DNA from: an uncultured bacterium
GTDB taxonomy: Bacteria; UBP4; UBA4092
Length of the DNA stretch: 64,000 nucleotides
Direction: 5' to 3'
Assembly (NCBI GenBank): GCA_964644695.1
Contig: CAZXWN010000001.1
Span: 642,805 to 706,804, forward strand
Part shown: in pieces, positions 9,987-20,383 of the stretch
Layout of the letters: each line of letters starts with the position of its first letter
Position numbering within the stretch: the first letter of the stretch is position 1
Translations under genes and position numbers: made by a program
The notes under the pieces: model-generated
Told to the model about the DNA's origin: nothing
What the model saw: only the letters and a program-made list of their open reading frames with translations
The model's database searches: none

Positions 9987-11207
9987 TTAACCAAACAATA
10001 CCTTCGCTTCTTGAATTCTTTCACCTATCTTAATTTGGTGGGGACAACACATTTCGGCAACAGACACGTCAGCTTCATTTAAAACGTCCCTGGTTGATTC
10101 AGGAATAGACTTATATGTGCTTTGGGCTAACTCAAGATTTCCATATCCTTTGTAATACATTAAACACCGCATAATATCTGCTATTGGCTCCAAAGAGTCT
10201 CGCCCAAATGAACACAGATGGTTACAACCTGCACAGTAAGAATCACAGGTTGTCTTTGCATATTCTCTAAGCACTTGATAATCAATAAGAGATAAAGCTT
10301 TTTTATCAACAGCGGCTGCCACATTAGCTGATAATACTGTTAAATTCGGCATTTGGGAACAAATAGATGATATCCTTTTATCTCCCCAAACTGCTTTTAA
10401 TTTTGCTTGAAAAGGAGTATATCCCTTTGTTATAAAATGTCCCGCAAGTTTCATATCGGCTTCAGAGTCAGAATTAATAGTCACCCCCTGGGTTTTCATG
10501 GCAGTCAATCCAATACCAGCCTTTACGCACTTATCAATAGCCTTATTCATCTTATCATCAGTCATAAACCTGAAATTGTAGGTCAACATAATACCATCAA
10601 TCCAACCCAAATCTGCTGCTTTATCTAGCAAGTCTGCCATATTAGAATGCGTACTAAATCCAAAATAACGAATTTTACCTGCATTCTTCATTTTTTCTGC
10701 CCAGATTTTAACTGCAGGGGTAAGAGGATCGATACTTCTAATTCCATGTAAAAAATAAAGATCAATATAACTGGTTTTCATTCTGTCTAATGATCTCTGA
10801 AGTAATTTGGTCATGCCTTCTGGATTCATATCACCAGACTTAGTAACCAAAAAGATGTCTTTTCGTGTCTCGGGAAATTTTTCAAAGAACATTCCTATGC
10901 CAGTTTCACTGTTTCCACCATTATACCCAGCGGCTGTATCCCAGTAATTTATACCCCAGTCATAGGCCTTTTTGGCAACAATAAGGTTAGTAGTAATATC
11001 ATACATCCCCCCCATACCTAAAACTGAGACCTGCACTTTTGTTTTTCCAAAAGCTCTTCGAGGAACTTTGATGGCTGCCTTTGCCGTTGGATTTGTTGCT
11101 AATAGACTTAAATCAACAGGAATTCCACTGATTCCCGCAATTCCCAGCAACCCTGCAACACTCCCCGTTTTAATAAAATCTCGTCTTGAATAATTATCTT
11201 TAGCCAT
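9987..11207 (-). CDS. Aldo/keto reductase with N-terminal twin-arginine motif and C-terminal Fe-S Cys cluster
   Basis: SRRDFIK; WDTAAGY, LVTK, IDLYFLHG, GFSTH; CAGCNHLC...C...CPH. Confidence 0.85.
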   Translation of the reverse strand: MAKDNYSRRDFIKTGSVAGLLGIAGISGIPVDLSLLATNPTAKAAIKVPRRAFGKTKVQVSVLGMGGMYDITTNLIVAKKAYDWGINYWDTAAGYNGGNSETGIGMFFEKFPETRKDIFLVTKSGDMNPEGMTKLLQRSLDRMKTSYIDLYFLHGIRSIDPLTPAVKIWAEKMKNAGKIRYFGFSTHSNMADLLDKAADLGWIDGIMLTYNFRFMTDDKMNKAIDKCVKAGIGLTAMKTQGVTINSDSEADMKLAGHFITKGYTPFQAKLKAVWGDKRISSICSQMPNLTVLSANVAAAVDKKALSLIDYQVLREYAKTTCDSYCAGCNHLCSFGRDSLEPIADIMRCLMYYKGYGNLELAQSTYKSIPESTRDVLNEADVSVAEMCCPHQIKIGERIQEAKVLFG

Positions 11208-12966
11208 TTGTTTTTCTCCTGACTGAAAATGAATGTTTATCATTTCTTGTTTCATTATCCGCTGTAACCCGAATAGCCCTTAACCCACTAACCGGACATT
11301 CATGTTCACAAGTTCCACATCCCACACAAAGATTAACATCAACCATCGGAGCATGCAGTAATATCTCAATATCAAACGCATCTCCATTCTGTATCGCAAT
11401 GCCCCTTTCTTTCCCACCTGCACTTTCTAGAGTTATTGTAAAATCTGTATTATCAGAAAGCCTATATCGAGTTCCATTTCTGGTTTTCAAATAATAATCG
11501 CCTGTATTTAAGGATGCAGGTTGAATAATTGATCCTTTAAACTTAATCTCATTTCCATTTATTTGAAAAACTTGTCCACTCTGGTCAGGCAACATCTGGT
11601 AATAATCCACCGTTTTTATAGCCTTAGGGCTTACAGGACAATTTTCCTGACACACCAAACAAGGACGATTCATTGACCAGGGCAGACAACGGCCTTTATC
11701 CACAAATGCTGTACCAATTCTAATCGGCCCTTTATCTTGATATCTTCCTGAACCGTTTTTTTCATCCAGGGTTAAGGGGCGGATAGCACCCGTTGGACAA
11801 ATATGGCTGCAGGCAACACAATTGATTTGACATCCACTTGTTCCAATACGGAAATTTAAAATTGGTGTCCAGAGGGATTCAGGACCATTGATAAAGCCAT
11901 CTGGCATAATTATATTGGGAGGACAAATTTTCATGCATTGCCCGCAACGTATACATCTTTTCAAAAACTCATTTTCGGGTAATGTTCCTGGAGGACGAAT
12001 CAAATTGGCATTCCAATTCTGCTTGAAAGCACCATCAATATGAATGGCTGGGATAAGTAATGCACCACTGGCCATGGAAATTAGTAATCCTCGACGGGTT
12101 AAATCAGGATTAGTTATTTCACCAGAAGCCGACAATTTAGTTTGGTATCCCATACTTTTCTGATTACATGCATCTAAACAATTCATGCACAACAGGCAAT
12201 CATGAATATGTATTTTGCCAAAAGGATCACACGCTCCCTCACAATAATTATTACAAAGCTGGCAGGATGAACATTTAGGCTCTTTCTTCCCTATCCGCCA
12301 AATTGCATATCTGCTAAATAAACCCATAAGCGCCCCAGCCGGGCAAATAAAACGGCAATAGAACCTGGGAAGCCACCAACATGTAATTAAAATACCAAAA
12401 AATAAAAGAGCGATAACTCCAGCTTGCGAATAAAGACGAGGTGTAACGGAGTTAGATATCTGGGTAACATCAGCCCAATATCCAAATGAAAAATAAATTG
12501 ACCGATGAGCTAACGAAATAGGATCAAATATTCCAGATAGTAACAAACGAAATCCTTCAAAGGGCAGAAGCGCTACTACAATTAAGACAACTAAAATGTA
12601 ATATTTGATTATTTGAAAACCACGGTACTTATTGGATTCAATCTTCTCCCTTCTGCTTTTCAGACAACTCCCCAGCCATCCAAACACCTGCTGCAAAGTT
12701 CCCAGAGGACATATCCATCCACAAAAAAATCTCCCCAGTAATACGGTTAAACCTAAAACCACCCAACCCAATAAAAGCCCCTTATACAATATCCCAGTGG
12801 TGAGCAGAGTCATCAGTGACGCTAATGGATCCATCTCCAAGAAAAGATTCACAGACCATCCACGGAGCTGCCAATACTTATCACCCCACACTGCAACCCA
12901 GCAGAACCAGAAAAAGAGTACCAGTAGGATTCCTTGGCATAATCTCCGTGTCCAAATAATCTTCAC
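11200..12966 (-). CDS. Polytopic membrane polyferredoxin (NapH/MauN-like fused to NapG/MauM-like)
   Basis: Two CxxxCP motifs (FCGWICP, YCRFICP), several CxxCxxCxxxCP motifs, IRPPG. Confidence 0.85.
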   Translation of the reverse strand: MKIIWTRRLCQGILLVLFFWFCWVAVWGDKYWQLRGWSVNLFLEMDPLASLMTLLTTGILYKGLLLGWVVLGLTVLLGRFFCGWICPLGTLQQVFGWLGSCLKSRREKIESNKYRGFQIIKYYILVVLIVVALLPFEGFRLLLSGIFDPISLAHRSIYFSFGYWADVTQISNSVTPRLYSQAGVIALLFFGILITCWWLPRFYCRFICPAGALMGLFSRYAIWRIGKKEPKCSSCQLCNNYCEGACDPFGKIHIHDCLLCMNCLDACNQKSMGYQTKLSASGEITNPDLTRRGLLISMASGALLIPAIHIDGAFKQNWNANLIRPPGTLPENEFLKRCIRCGQCMKICPPNIIMPDGFINGPESLWTPILNFRIGTSGCQINCVACSHICPTGAIRPLTLDEKNGSGRYQDKGPIRIGTAFVDKGRCLPWSMNRPCLVCQENCPVSPKAIKTVDYYQMLPDQSGQVFQINGNEIKFKGSIIQPASLNTGDYYLKTRNGTRYRLSDNTDFTITLESAGGKERGIAIQNGDAFDIEILLHAPMVDVNLCVGCGTCEHECPVSGLRAIRVTADNETRNDKHSFSVRRKTNG

Positions 12967-12975
12967 ATTCTACCT

Positions 12976-13956
12976 CTAAATTAAAATAGGTTTTACATCA
13001 GCCAGCGGTGTCAATCCAGCTCCCGCTCGGAAAGCTCTTTCAATATGTGGCAAGTCTGACAATCGTTTTTCCAAAAGAGTCGCTCCAAAAGCATCCGCCG
13101 AGACAGGATCATTACTGATAATTATCTGGTTTGTGGGTTTCAAATCAGATAACGAACCACCCGTCGGACCATTGGATATCATAGTGAATGTCGCATCAAG
13201 TACCACAAGAGTAGGTCTCATTAATAAAGATAATTCTTCAATAATGCCATGGATATCTTGGTGAAATATATTTCGTTGTCCACCTAAAAGACCATACCAG
13301 TTTTTCATAGTCATCGAAGCACCACTTCGAAAATGACTCTTCAATGGTGCCATTCCAATAACCTTATTTATGTCATGAAAGGGCTCCCACAATACGGGCC
13401 AATTTTTTATTAACTTGCCCTTATCAAGCGAAATTTCTCTAAACTTAGATTGAGAGGGAAGAATTAATGAAGCTCCGGATTTCCGTGTAGCTTGTTCAAG
13501 ACCCGTTAATTGGAATGCTGTCGAAGGGTCGTTTATTGGATTATCTGTAACCACCACCTTCTTGGCACCACATTGATAACACTGCAAAATCATTTTAGAT
13601 AGTAAATCAGGATGAGTCGTTGCACACAAGTCTGGAGGAGTAGCAAAAGCCGCATTAACTTTTATCAAAACCCGATCTCCTGGTTTTATAAACGTCGACA
13701 GACTCCCAATGGCTGTCAAACCCTTTTCCAGCATCTCACCGCGATTTTTACCTCGGACCACAACCAACTGACTTTTGTCGGTTTTCACACGGTAATCAGG
13801 AAACACAAGGTTTTCTTTCTCTCCAGAATATACCTTCTCAGATAAAAAACCTCTGTAAGTTAGCATCCCCAAAGCCGCCATTCCACCTATTAAGGATCCA
13901 GCCTTCAGCATCCTCTCTAAAAATTCCCGACGGTTCTGTTTTAAATCATTTCCCAT
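12976..13956 (-). CDS. DUF362-family protein with twin-arginine motif
   Basis: NRREFLE; PGDRVLIKVN, TTHP, LKSH, MKNWYG, GPTGG, DPVSAD. Confidence 0.85.
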   Translation of the reverse strand: MGNDLKQNRREFLERMLKAGSLIGGMAALGMLTYRGFLSEKVYSGEKENLVFPDYRVKTDKSQLVVVRGKNRGEMLEKGLTAIGSLSTFIKPGDRVLIKVNAAFATPPDLCATTHPDLLSKMILQCYQCGAKKVVVTDNPINDPSTAFQLTGLEQATRKSGASLILPSQSKFREISLDKGKLIKNWPVLWEPFHDINKVIGMAPLKSHFRSGASMTMKNWYGLLGGQRNIFHQDIHGIIEELSLLMRPTLVVLDATFTMISNGPTGGSLSDLKPTNQIIISNDPVSADAFGATLLEKRLSDLPHIERAFRAGAGLTPLADVKPILI

Positions 13957-14965
13957 TCAGATGATCCTTGATATATTGATATTGATGCATAATGGCTTTT
14001 TCGGTCGCAACTTTTGTCCGAGCGGCATGAACTCCAACAACATAACGTTGGATAGAAAAAACAGCCTCAAAATCTCCGATTAGATTCACCCCTTGAATAT
14101 CGGATACATTTGTGGAATATGTAACAGGTTCTCCTCCCAATTCCAACATAAATTCGCGATATCCTTTTACTTTATTCGCAGCGGTAACAGCATCCTTACC
14201 ATCCAGAATAAAGCAATTAACCGTATCATTACCAATCAAATAAGACACAAGTATTACATCATTAAACTCTGAATAACTAAATGCATTTTCAGGTATTAAT
14301 TTCACAGTATCATCTAATCGCTTATCGGAGGGGAGAACGGATAAAAGACTATTGGAATCCCATTGAGATGAAGACTTGGGAGCAATCTTCATGGACATAT
14401 TTAGCATTAGTTCTATGAGTGCTTTATTATTACGGCTGGCAATAAATTCATAATATGCGTTTTTGTATGAAAAACAAAGAACATTCTCAGCAATATATCC
14501 GTTTTCACCAATATTTACAGTCTTTCCACCAACTCGCCGTTGTTGACTTAATACAACGAAACAATTTTTGGGATTGCCCATATTGTACTCATAAACTTCA
14601 AACCAATCAGAAGGATTTTTGATGGACACAAACCTCTGACATTTCATAGAAATAAAACCATTGGGAAGATATAACTCCGCTTTCCCATCAATTTTGTCAG
14701 AAAGAGTGTTTTTATCAAAAGACTCAACGGCACTCATGGGTTGAATCTGGGTTGAGTCATAGGCAAACAACGAAGCAGAAACGAAGGGGGTCCCACCTAC
14801 AATATTGTCAGATGGAACTTGATTTAAATGATAAACAGGATTATTAGAAGATACTTTTCCACGATAGAGATTTACATCATACTTATATTGTTGAAAATAA
14901 ATCCATCCCAACAGAAGGATCAATAGAATTATTACTCCTATAGATATCCGGGTTTCCATTTTCAT
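13946..14965 (-). CDS. Membrane-anchored exported protein, DUF6599-like
   Basis: N-terminal TM; LSDKIDGKAELY resembles the DUF6599 L..(I/Y)DGxAxxY motif; first gene of the DUF362 operon. Confidence 0.6.
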   Translation of the reverse strand: MKMETRISIGVIILLILLLGWIYFQQYKYDVNLYRGKVSSNNPVYHLNQVPSDNIVGGTPFVSASLFAYDSTQIQPMSAVESFDKNTLSDKIDGKAELYLPNGFISMKCQRFVSIKNPSDWFEVYEYNMGNPKNCFVVLSQQRRVGGKTVNIGENGYIAENVLCFSYKNAYYEFIASRNNKALIELMLNMSMKIAPKSSSQWDSNSLLSVLPSDKRLDDTVKLIPENAFSYSEFNDVILVSYLIGNDTVNCFILDGKDAVTAANKVKGYREFMLELGGEPVTYSTNVSDIQGVNLIGDFEAVFSIQRYVVGVHAARTKVATEKAIMHQYQYIKDHLNGK

Positions 14966-15040
14966 AGAATCTCAGTCTCTGATAGTAATTTCTGTGTGAA
15001 TTATCTCATAATAGAATTCATTACACTATAATTAATTAAC

Positions 15041-16138
15041 ATGATTTTACACAAGGGAATAAATAATTCTTCATTAAAGGTGGGGATTGATTTAAGAATG
15101 GTTTGCCATTCTGGTATTGGACGTTTTCTGCAAAACCTGATACCGGCCATGATTAAACAAGCAACGTATCCAATTGATTGGGTTTTTATTGGTAATTCAC
15201 TCCTGCTATCTAAAGAATTTTTATCGCTCCCCCCTAATGTATCTTTTTATGAATGGTCATATCCGATTTATGGTATGGGTGAACAATTATTCTCTAATCG
15301 TTTAAATAATATAAAGTTAGATGTTTTACACTGTCCTCATTATAACATCCCACTACGATTCAGTGGTCGGTTGATTGTTACAATACATGATCTTATACAC
15401 ATTAAATATCCTAAGTCTGTTACAAATCCTTTAGGACGATTTTACGCACAGTGGTTAATTCTGAATTCAATTAATAAAGCTGACCAACTGGTGACGGATT
15501 CCAAAACAGTCCATGATGAAGTTATCCATTTTTGTCCCTCGGCAAAAAATAAAACAACGGTTATCATACCTGGTATACCAATGTTTAAGGATATTTCAAC
15601 AATACCCCCTTTAATAAGCTCACCATTTATCCTTTTTGTTGGAATAAACAAACCCCATAAAAATATATCCGTACTGTTGAAAAGTTTTGCCCAGATTCAG
15701 AATAAGTATCCAGAACTTAAACTGGTTATAGTGGGGAACCGTTGGAAAGAAATCAATTCAATAAAGAATATAATTCTGTTGGAAAATATTACAGACCCTC
15801 AACTCATATGGCTATACCGTAATGCAAAGATGCTGATACACCCCTCAAAATCTGAAGGTTTTGGATTTACTCCACTTGAAGCACTATCTCAGGGATGTCC
15901 CGTTATCGTTTCTGATATCCCAGTTTTCAGGGATAATTTAGAGGATTCAGTAGAATACTTCAATCTCAATAACCCTTCGGAACTCTTAACCAAAATAGAG
16001 GCAATATTAAATAATCCTGATGCAAGAATATATTGTGTCCAGAAATATAACCATCTGGCTCCCAAATTTAACTGGAATGATACTGCAGCAGGGTATTTAG
16101 AACTATATCAAAAGCAGGGCAATCTGAATGCCAATTAA
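15041..16138 (+). CDS. Glycosyltransferase family 4 (GT-B)
   Basis: GIGR, VTIHDL, KPHKN, EGFGFTPLEA. Confidence 0.9.
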   Translation: MILHKGINNSSLKVGIDLRMVCHSGIGRFLQNLIPAMIKQATYPIDWVFIGNSLLLSKEFLSLPPNVSFYEWSYPIYGMGEQLFSNRLNNIKLDVLHCPHYNIPLRFSGRLIVTIHDLIHIKYPKSVTNPLGRFYAQWLILNSINKADQLVTDSKTVHDEVIHFCPSAKNKTTVIIPGIPMFKDISTIPPLISSPFILFVGINKPHKNISVLLKSFAQIQNKYPELKLVIVGNRWKEINSIKNIILLENITDPQLIWLYRNAKMLIHPSKSEGFGFTPLEALSQGCPVIVSDIPVFRDNLEDSVEYFNLNNPSELLTKIEAILNNPDARIYCVQKYNHLAPKFNWNDTAAGYLELYQKQGNLNAN

Positions 16139-17276
16139 AGTCGCCTTAATACATGATTGGCTTAATGGAATGCGGGGCGGTGAGAAAGTGTTGGAATCCC
16201 TCTGTCGATTATATCCAGATGCAGTGATTCAAACTCTTATCTATGAACCGGACAAGGTATCTCCAACCATACAAAGAATGAAGATACTCACCGTTCCATG
16301 GTTGAATAGTAATCATTGGATTCAATCTCATTTTCGGACTCTTTTACCTTTACTTCCATCAGCCGTAGAATCTTTCGATTTACAGGGCTTTGATCTAATT
16401 ATCAGCACCTCGCATTGTGTCGCAAAGGGAATCATCCCTCCCCCCAATGCTATACACATTTGTTATTGTTTTACTCCGGTTCGGTATGTTTGGGATAAAT
16501 CAACTGATTATCTAAAAGACCAGAGTAAAATTGTTTCAACAATATTTCCATGGGTTGCTACTTCATTAAGAACTTGGGATACCTTATCAGCAAATCGAGT
16601 CAACTATTTCATTGCAATTTCAAATAATATATCCCGAAAAATTGAGCGTTATTATCGCCGTCATTCACTTATTATATTTCCCCCTTGTGACTGTCATTTT
16701 TTCATTCCAGCAGAGAATCCCAGAAGTGAGTACTTCTTAGTTGTTTCGGCATTAGTACCTTATAAAAGAGTAGATTTAGCAATTGCAGCCTGCAATGAAC
16801 TTAAAATACCATTACGAATTGTTGGAGATGGCCCAGAAAAAGATCGATTAATGAAAATGGCTGGTCCCACAATCAGTTTCCTGGGGAAAATAAGTAACGA
16901 CGATCTTAGAGAATCTTATCAAAACTGTAAAGCTTTACTATTCCCCGGGGAAGAAGATTTTGGGATCGTACCCCTTGAAGCAATGAGTTGTGGTAAACCC
17001 GTTATTGGTTACAATTCTGGAGGGTTGAAGGAAACATTACAACCAAATGTGAATGGAATCTTTTTTGAGCACCAAACACCTGCCGATTTGATACAAGCTA
17101 TACAGCGTTTTAATGAGAAGAATTTCAATTCAAATCAAATCCGTGAAACAGCCCTTCCTTTTGATGTGTCGGTTTTTGAAAATATCTTTAAAGAAACCAT
17201 TGAAGACCTTTACTATTCAAGACATAATAAACAAGATGAATTGTCCCGAGAAACATATCCTTTAATAAATGAGTAA
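16128..17276 (+). CDS. Glycosyltransferase family 4 (GT-B)
   Basis: HDWLNGMRGGEKV, PYKRVD, EDFGIVPLEA. Confidence 0.9.
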   Translation: MPIKVALIHDWLNGMRGGEKVLESLCRLYPDAVIQTLIYEPDKVSPTIQRMKILTVPWLNSNHWIQSHFRTLLPLLPSAVESFDLQGFDLIISTSHCVAKGIIPPPNAIHICYCFTPVRYVWDKSTDYLKDQSKIVSTIFPWVATSLRTWDTLSANRVNYFIAISNNISRKIERYYRRHSLIIFPPCDCHFFIPAENPRSEYFLVVSALVPYKRVDLAIAACNELKIPLRIVGDGPEKDRLMKMAGPTISFLGKISNDDLRESYQNCKALLFPGEEDFGIVPLEAMSCGKPVIGYNSGGLKETLQPNVNGIFFEHQTPADLIQAIQRFNEKNFNSNQIRETALPFDVSVFENIFKETIEDLYYSRHNKQDELSRETYPLINE

Positions 17277-17285
17277 GATATATAT

Positions 17286-18692
17286 ATGAACCATCATTTA
17301 AGAATGCGTCAGGAAATCTTCCTTCAGTTACTTCTGGTACTGATGGATATTGTAGGTATTGTTATAGCATTCGGCCTTGCTTATTGGATTCGCTTTTATA
17401 GTGGGTTAATACCCGTTTTATATGGTCCTCCCAATCAGGCAGATTATATTAATGCCTTAGGATTAACATTGGTTTTTGGGGAATTTCTTTTTATATACAA
17501 TGGGCTTTATCTCATTCGGGGGAAAAAGATTAGTTATCACACGATTTATCAGATTGCCCGGTGCGCTGTAATTGGCATGTTCTTTTTGATGGCATTTGTT
17601 TTCATGTTTCGCAATCTAAACTTGTCCCGACAAGTCGTTATTCTTGGAATGTTTTTTAGTATTCCACTCATCACACTGGAACGTTTTCTATTTTCCATTC
17701 TTCTTCACTATCTAAGGAAAAAAGGTTGGGGCATGACTCGGACACTTATTGTCGGAACAGGCAAAATGGCAAAACTGATTGCTGACAACATGAAAAATCA
17801 CCCTGAATCCGGTTATCAATTCTGTGGTTATGTAACTATTCCCTATTCAGAAGCTAATGCCGCTCTGAACCAAGATATTGTCGGTAACCTAGAAGACCTT
17901 AGTAAAATCATAAGGTTACAAGCCATTGATAAAGTCCTTATTGCCAGCCCTGAATTGGATAGAAATCTTATCTTTGAGGTCTTGTTGGAAGTTGAAAAAA
18001 ATATTGCTGATTTTGCAGTTGTTCCGAATCTCGTAGAAATGATGATTCAAAAGGTTTCTATTGATGATATCCAGGGAATTCCACTTTTATCACTCAGAGA
18101 GACTCCATTAAAAGGGTGGAAAATGGTTTTCAAGTACTCTTTTGACAGAATTATTGCATTTCTAGCATTAATCATTTTAGCCCCATTATTTTTACTATTA
18201 GCCCTAATTATAAGATTGGATACACCAGGCCCCATATTCTATCGGCAAAGAAGGATTGGTGCTGATGGAAAACAATTTGTTATCTATAAATTTCGTTCCA
18301 TGAGGTCAGATGCCGAAGAAGATACCGGTCCGATATGGGCACATAAGAACGATCCCAGGTCTACAAAAGTAGGCCGATTTATTCGTCATTATTATATTGA
18401 TGAACTTCCGCAATTTTTAAATGTACTTAGAGGTGACATGAGTCTGGTGGGACCACGCCCTGAAAGACCTTTTTTTGTCAGTCAGTTCAAAGAAAGAATA
18501 CCTCAATATATGTCCAGACACAGGGTAAAATCAGGTATTACGGGTTGGGCCCAGGTTAATGGGTACCGTGGAGATACTTCCATTGAGGAACGCACTAAAT
18601 ATGATCTTTATTATGTCGAAAATTGGGATTTCCTGTTTGATATAAAAATACTTCTTATGACGGTTTTTTCTTTAAAACCCTCGGAAGAATAA
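17286..18692 (+). CDS. Undecaprenyl-phosphate glycosylphosphotransferase (WcaJ-like priming enzyme)
   Basis: 4 TMs, Rossmann-like IVGTG segment, KFRSM, DELPQ, SLVGPRPE, GITGWAQ. Confidence 0.9.
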   Translation: MNHHLRMRQEIFLQLLLVLMDIVGIVIAFGLAYWIRFYSGLIPVLYGPPNQADYINALGLTLVFGEFLFIYNGLYLIRGKKISYHTIYQIARCAVIGMFFLMAFVFMFRNLNLSRQVVILGMFFSIPLITLERFLFSILLHYLRKKGWGMTRTLIVGTGKMAKLIADNMKNHPESGYQFCGYVTIPYSEANAALNQDIVGNLEDLSKIIRLQAIDKVLIASPELDRNLIFEVLLEVEKNIADFAVVPNLVEMMIQKVSIDDIQGIPLLSLRETPLKGWKMVFKYSFDRIIAFLALIILAPLFLLLALIIRLDTPGPIFYRQRRIGADGKQFVIYKFRSMRSDAEEDTGPIWAHKNDPRSTKVGRFIRHYYIDELPQFLNVLRGDMSLVGPRPERPFFVSQFKERIPQYMSRHRVKSGITGWAQVNGYRGDTSIEERTKYDLYYVENWDFLFDIKILLMTVFSLKPSEE

Positions 18693-18755
18693 ACTTTATA
18701 GACATCAGACGAAACTTTATCGTATGCTAAGCTAATCAACTGAAAAGGACACAAA

Positions 18756-19748
18756 ATGAAAAAAGCATATTTATGGTTAATTGGGATATTTTTATTTCTT
18801 GTATTATCTGGATTTTTGACTTGTATTATTTTCGTTATGATTATGACAATGAAAAATGACTCGTCATCTCTTTCACTTTCCAATAAGAAAATTGCCATAA
18901 TTGATATATCAGGACCGATATATGACTCAGAAGAATATCTGAAATTGTTAAAAAAAGCCGATAAGAATTCTTCAGTGAGCGCAATTGTCTTAAGAGTTAA
19001 TAGTCCCGGGGGATCTGTAGGTGCTTCTCAAGAAATATACGAAGAAATCTTAACCATACGAAAAAATGGAAAAGTCATCGTCACTTCTATCGCCGATGTC
19101 GGCGCATCTGGAGCCTATTATATTGCGTGTGCCTCAGATAAGATTGTAGCGAATCCAGGCACTCTTACAGGAAGTATCGGAGTGATCATGGACTTTATGA
19201 ATTGGCAGGGACTCATGGAAAAGAAATTAGGAGTGCAATTTTATACCATTAAAAGTGGTAAATTCAAAGATACAGGGTCTCCTAATCGTCCTATGAATGA
19301 TGAAGAAAAACAATATCTCCAAGAGATGATCAACGATGCCTACCAACAGTTTCTACAGGCGGTTGCTAGTGGACGTGATGAATCAATCAGAAATGTTCTG
19401 GCACGTCAAAAACTTGCATCAAAGGACGTTAAAGATATAAAGGAAAAAGATATTAACAAGGCTAAAGCTGAAGTCACCTACAGCGAGATAACATCATTTA
19501 TCAAGCCCTATGCAGAGGGGAATATCTACACAGGAAGAAAAGCTCAAGAAGTGGGATTAGTTGATGAGTTGGGCAGTATAAATAAAGCAATTAAGGTTGC
19601 TGCCGATTTATCTGGTATTGATGGCGAACCTACTACTATTAAATTGGAACCAGAACGAAAAGGTGTTTTCGATAAGATGTTCGGTGAGGCAACAGATTTA
19701 ATGCCTTGGAAGAAAAGCCAGGTTATGCTCTTATATATGTTGAAATAA
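18756..19748 (+). CDS. sppA: Signal peptide peptidase, S49 36K type
   Basis: RVNSPGG, ASGAYY, TGSIGV, SGKFKD, GLVDELG. Confidence 0.93.
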   Translation: MKKAYLWLIGIFLFLVLSGFLTCIIFVMIMTMKNDSSSLSLSNKKIAIIDISGPIYDSEEYLKLLKKADKNSSVSAIVLRVNSPGGSVGASQEIYEEILTIRKNGKVIVTSIADVGASGAYYIACASDKIVANPGTLTGSIGVIMDFMNWQGLMEKKLGVQFYTIKSGKFKDTGSPNRPMNDEEKQYLQEMINDAYQQFLQAVASGRDESIRNVLARQKLASKDVKDIKEKDINKAKAEVTYSEITSFIKPYAEGNIYTGRKAQEVGLVDELGSINKAIKVAADLSGIDGEPTTIKLEPERKGVFDKMFGEATDLMPWKKSQVMLLYMLK

Positions 19749-19953
19749 TTGCAAATCTTAAACACATAATAATATAGTGAGTTAAGAAAACAGAAAAAAG
19801 GGTGCCGCGAAAATCCTCACCATTTTCATGTCTCTCTGCTGTAAACACAAGGTATTTGGCCTACTGCATGAAAAGTTGATCACGCCGAATACTAGTATTA
19901 TTTAGAGCAGAATGAGCAAACATGGAGCCTTCGTGATGGCTTGAATTTCCAAA

Positions 19954-20370
19954 CTACGTTTCGCTCGTGCTGCCGATTTCAAGCAGGTTACCCTCCGGGT
20001 CGGCGACATAAAAATTGCGTATGCCGAAGGAAAAGGTCTTGGGTTCTCCAGTCGGAAATCGCACGCCCAACTTGGATAGTCGCTCATATTCCGCATCCAC
20101 ATCGGCAAAGCAGGGCAACCAAAGGGCAATTTCGAACGTCTGATTAATTCCCTTTGGAGGGACGTAGCTCTCCCCAATTGCCTGCGCGAATGCTTTCCTG
20201 CTGTACATGAACAAGGATAGCGCGCCGCTTGCCGTCTCAAACTCCGCGAAATCCGCGCCATTCCATTGAGTATGAAAGCCCAATGTATCTCTGTAGAATC
20301 GAACCATACTGTCCATGTCGCCGGCGTATAGGCACGCGCCTACCCTTACATCTCGTCCGATCAATGTCAT
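19954..20370 (-). CDS. VOC/glyoxalase-bleomycin resistance family protein in a GC-rich insert
   Basis: FYRDTLG, DVDAEYERL, FYVADPEGNLLEI; GAGGAG RBS upstream. Confidence 0.88.
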   Translation of the reverse strand: MTLIGRDVRVGACLYAGDMDSMVRFYRDTLGFHTQWNGADFAEFETASGALSLFMYSRKAFAQAIGESYVPPKGINQTFEIALWLPCFADVDAEYERLSKLGVRFPTGEPKTFSFGIRNFYVADPEGNLLEIGSTSET

Positions 20371-20383
20371 CCATCTCCTCTTG

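Noticed and set aside
15041-18692. GT4-GT4-WcaJ as a novel glycan system
   Set aside because: A common priming module, with no flippase, polymerase or unusual enzymes alongside
19798-19822. IS-like terminal repeat (GGGTGCCGCGAAAA) after sppA
   Set aside because: No matching opposite end and no transposase fragment found
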